Shown: one piece after another, positions 31,855 to 32,587 of the stretch
How the letters are laid out: every line of letters starts with the position of its first letter
Position numbering within the stretch: position 1 is the stretch's first letter
Assembly (NCBI GenBank): GCA_022771185.1
Contig: JALFCJ010000236.1
Span: forward strand, 1-32,587
Source of the DNA: Spirochaetales bacterium
GTDB lineage: Bacteria; Spirochaetota; Spirochaetia; Sphaerochaetales; Sphaerochaetaceae
Length of the DNA stretch: 32,587 nucleotides
Direction of reading: 5' to 3'
Translations under genes and position numbers: made by a program
The notes under the pieces: model-generated
What the model was told of the DNA's origin: nothing
Database searches by the model: none
The model's input: only the letters and a program-made list of their open reading frames with translations

Positions 31855-32587
31855 ATGGAGAACACTATCACAATCCCTTCCGGTTTGGAAGGGTTCACCA
31901 ACATCAAAACGACAAGAGCTACCACGATCACGGAGAGAGACATCTTCCTCATTGACGGGACGATGCAGGAATTGGAAGAGGAGAGGACCTGCCCGAATTG
32001 TGGTGCAAGGATGCACATACATGACACGTACGACGTCAGCCTCAGCCACATCCCGTTGGGCAGGACGCTTTCGGCAGTAAGGTTCGAGAAGCACCGGTAC
32101 ATCTGCCCTTGTTGCAAAACGACGGGCATCCAGGGAGTGCCGTTCCAGGCCGCGAGCCATAGGATTACGGTCCCCCTCCATTCATATGCAAGGGACCTGC
32201 TGGAGCTGGGGTTCACAAACAAGTGCGTCTCGGAACTGACGGGGCTGTGCAAGAACACAGTGAAGGCCATAGACAAGGAGCGCCTGCTGGGGAAATACAC
32301 AAAGGACGGCAGGCACCTCAAGGAACCGGAGAGGCAGTCCAGGTATCTCGGCGTCGACGAATTCCTTCTGCACAAGGGGCATGAATACGCGACTATCATA
32401 ATCGACCTGGATACGGGGCACGTCCTATGGCTTGCCTACGGCAAGAAGAAACAGGCGCTCTACGACTTCATAGACTTCGTCGGGGAGGATTGGATGGACG
32501 GGGTGGAAGCGGTGGCGTGCGACATGAACAGCGACTACCAGGATGTTTTTGAGGACAGGTGCCCTCACATACAGGTGGTGTTCGACT
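31855..32587 (+). CDS. ISL3-family transposase, N-terminal 244 aa (runs off the right edge)
   Basis: Hand translation gives MENTITIPSGLEGFTNIK...CPNCGARMHIHD...YICPCCKTTG (zf-ISL3) ...RYLGVDEFLLHKGHEYATIIIDLDTGHVLWLAYGKKKQALYDF...AVACDMNSDYQDVF...VVFD (the start of DDE_Tnp_ISL3). It is not in the ORF track because there is no stop in the window. G+C is much higher than in the flanks. Confidence 0.85.
   Translation, partial: MENTITIPSGLEGFTNIKTTRATTITERDIFLIDGTMQELEEERTCPNCGARMHIHDTYDVSLSHIPLGRTLSAVRFEKHRYICPCCKTTGIQGVPFQAASHRITVPLHSYARDLLELGFTNKCVSELTGLCKNTVKAIDKERLLGKYTKDGRHLKEPERQSRYLGVDEFLLHKGHEYATIIIDLDTGHVLWLAYGKKKQALYDFIDFVGEDWMDGVEAVACDMNSDYQDVFEDRCPHIQVVFD

Noticed and set aside
31807-32421. 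Three minus-strand ORFs of 79-182 aa
   Set aside because: They are antisense shadow ORFs of the GC-rich ISL3 transposase gene. Their composition is Arg/Pro/Ser-rich with no motifs.
1-32587. CRISPR arrays, rRNA genes, prophage structural genes, toxin-antitoxin pairs
   Set aside because: I read through all intergenic regions. I found no regularly spaced 25-40 bp repeats, no rRNA-like conserved segments and no small adjacent ORF pairs with TA-like features.

Overview
This is a 32.6 kb window of low-GC bacterial chromosome. Both solute-binding proteins carry Cys-less FANG(S/A)KEE signal peptides, which suggests a diderm, possibly a spirochaete such as Sphaerochaeta; that is only a guess. From left to right the window contains:

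- **1-4250:** the end of a PF04392-type ABC transporter, a divergent mtaD / eIF-2B-family isomerase pair, and tRNA-Arg(CCG).
- **4577-14681:** a 10 kb LacI-controlled minus-strand operon. It encodes an AtuA-like protein, a DUF4387 protein, a sugar-type ABC importer, two ADP-ribosylglycohydrolase-family proteins and ribokinase. I read it as an uncharacterised ribosyl-conjugate utilisation locus.
- **14776-17921:** an amino-acid permease coupled to an alkaline-phosphatase-superfamily gene, and an FtsH-like AAA ATPase that lacks the protease domain.
- **18043-22530:** an IS66-family element with 8-nt flanking repeats. A group II intron is inserted 1 nt inside its left terminal inverted repeat, and its tnpA is convergent with tnpB-tnpC.
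- **22539-27510:** a visibly AT-rich islet. It carries a giant Ser/Thr kinase (1122 aa; zinc-ribbon cluster plus a helical, Cys-rich repeat tail) divergent from a coupled vWA + PP2C pair. This is a TerY-P-like phosphorylation triad and the best candidate for a poorly described defence or stress system here.
- **27699-27950:** an orphan non-coding stretch with four 11-bp-phased TTGACA repeats, a 10-bp inverted-repeat bracket, a tRNA-like T-arm/acceptor fragment and a strong intrinsic terminator.
- **28044-31618:** malic enzyme, a hypothetical helical protein and an ABC-F ATPase.
- **31855-32587:** a GC-rich partial ISL3 transposase that runs off the right edge.

No CRISPR array and no rRNA gene were seen. 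All calls come from reading the sequence and recalling family motifs. No database search was run.
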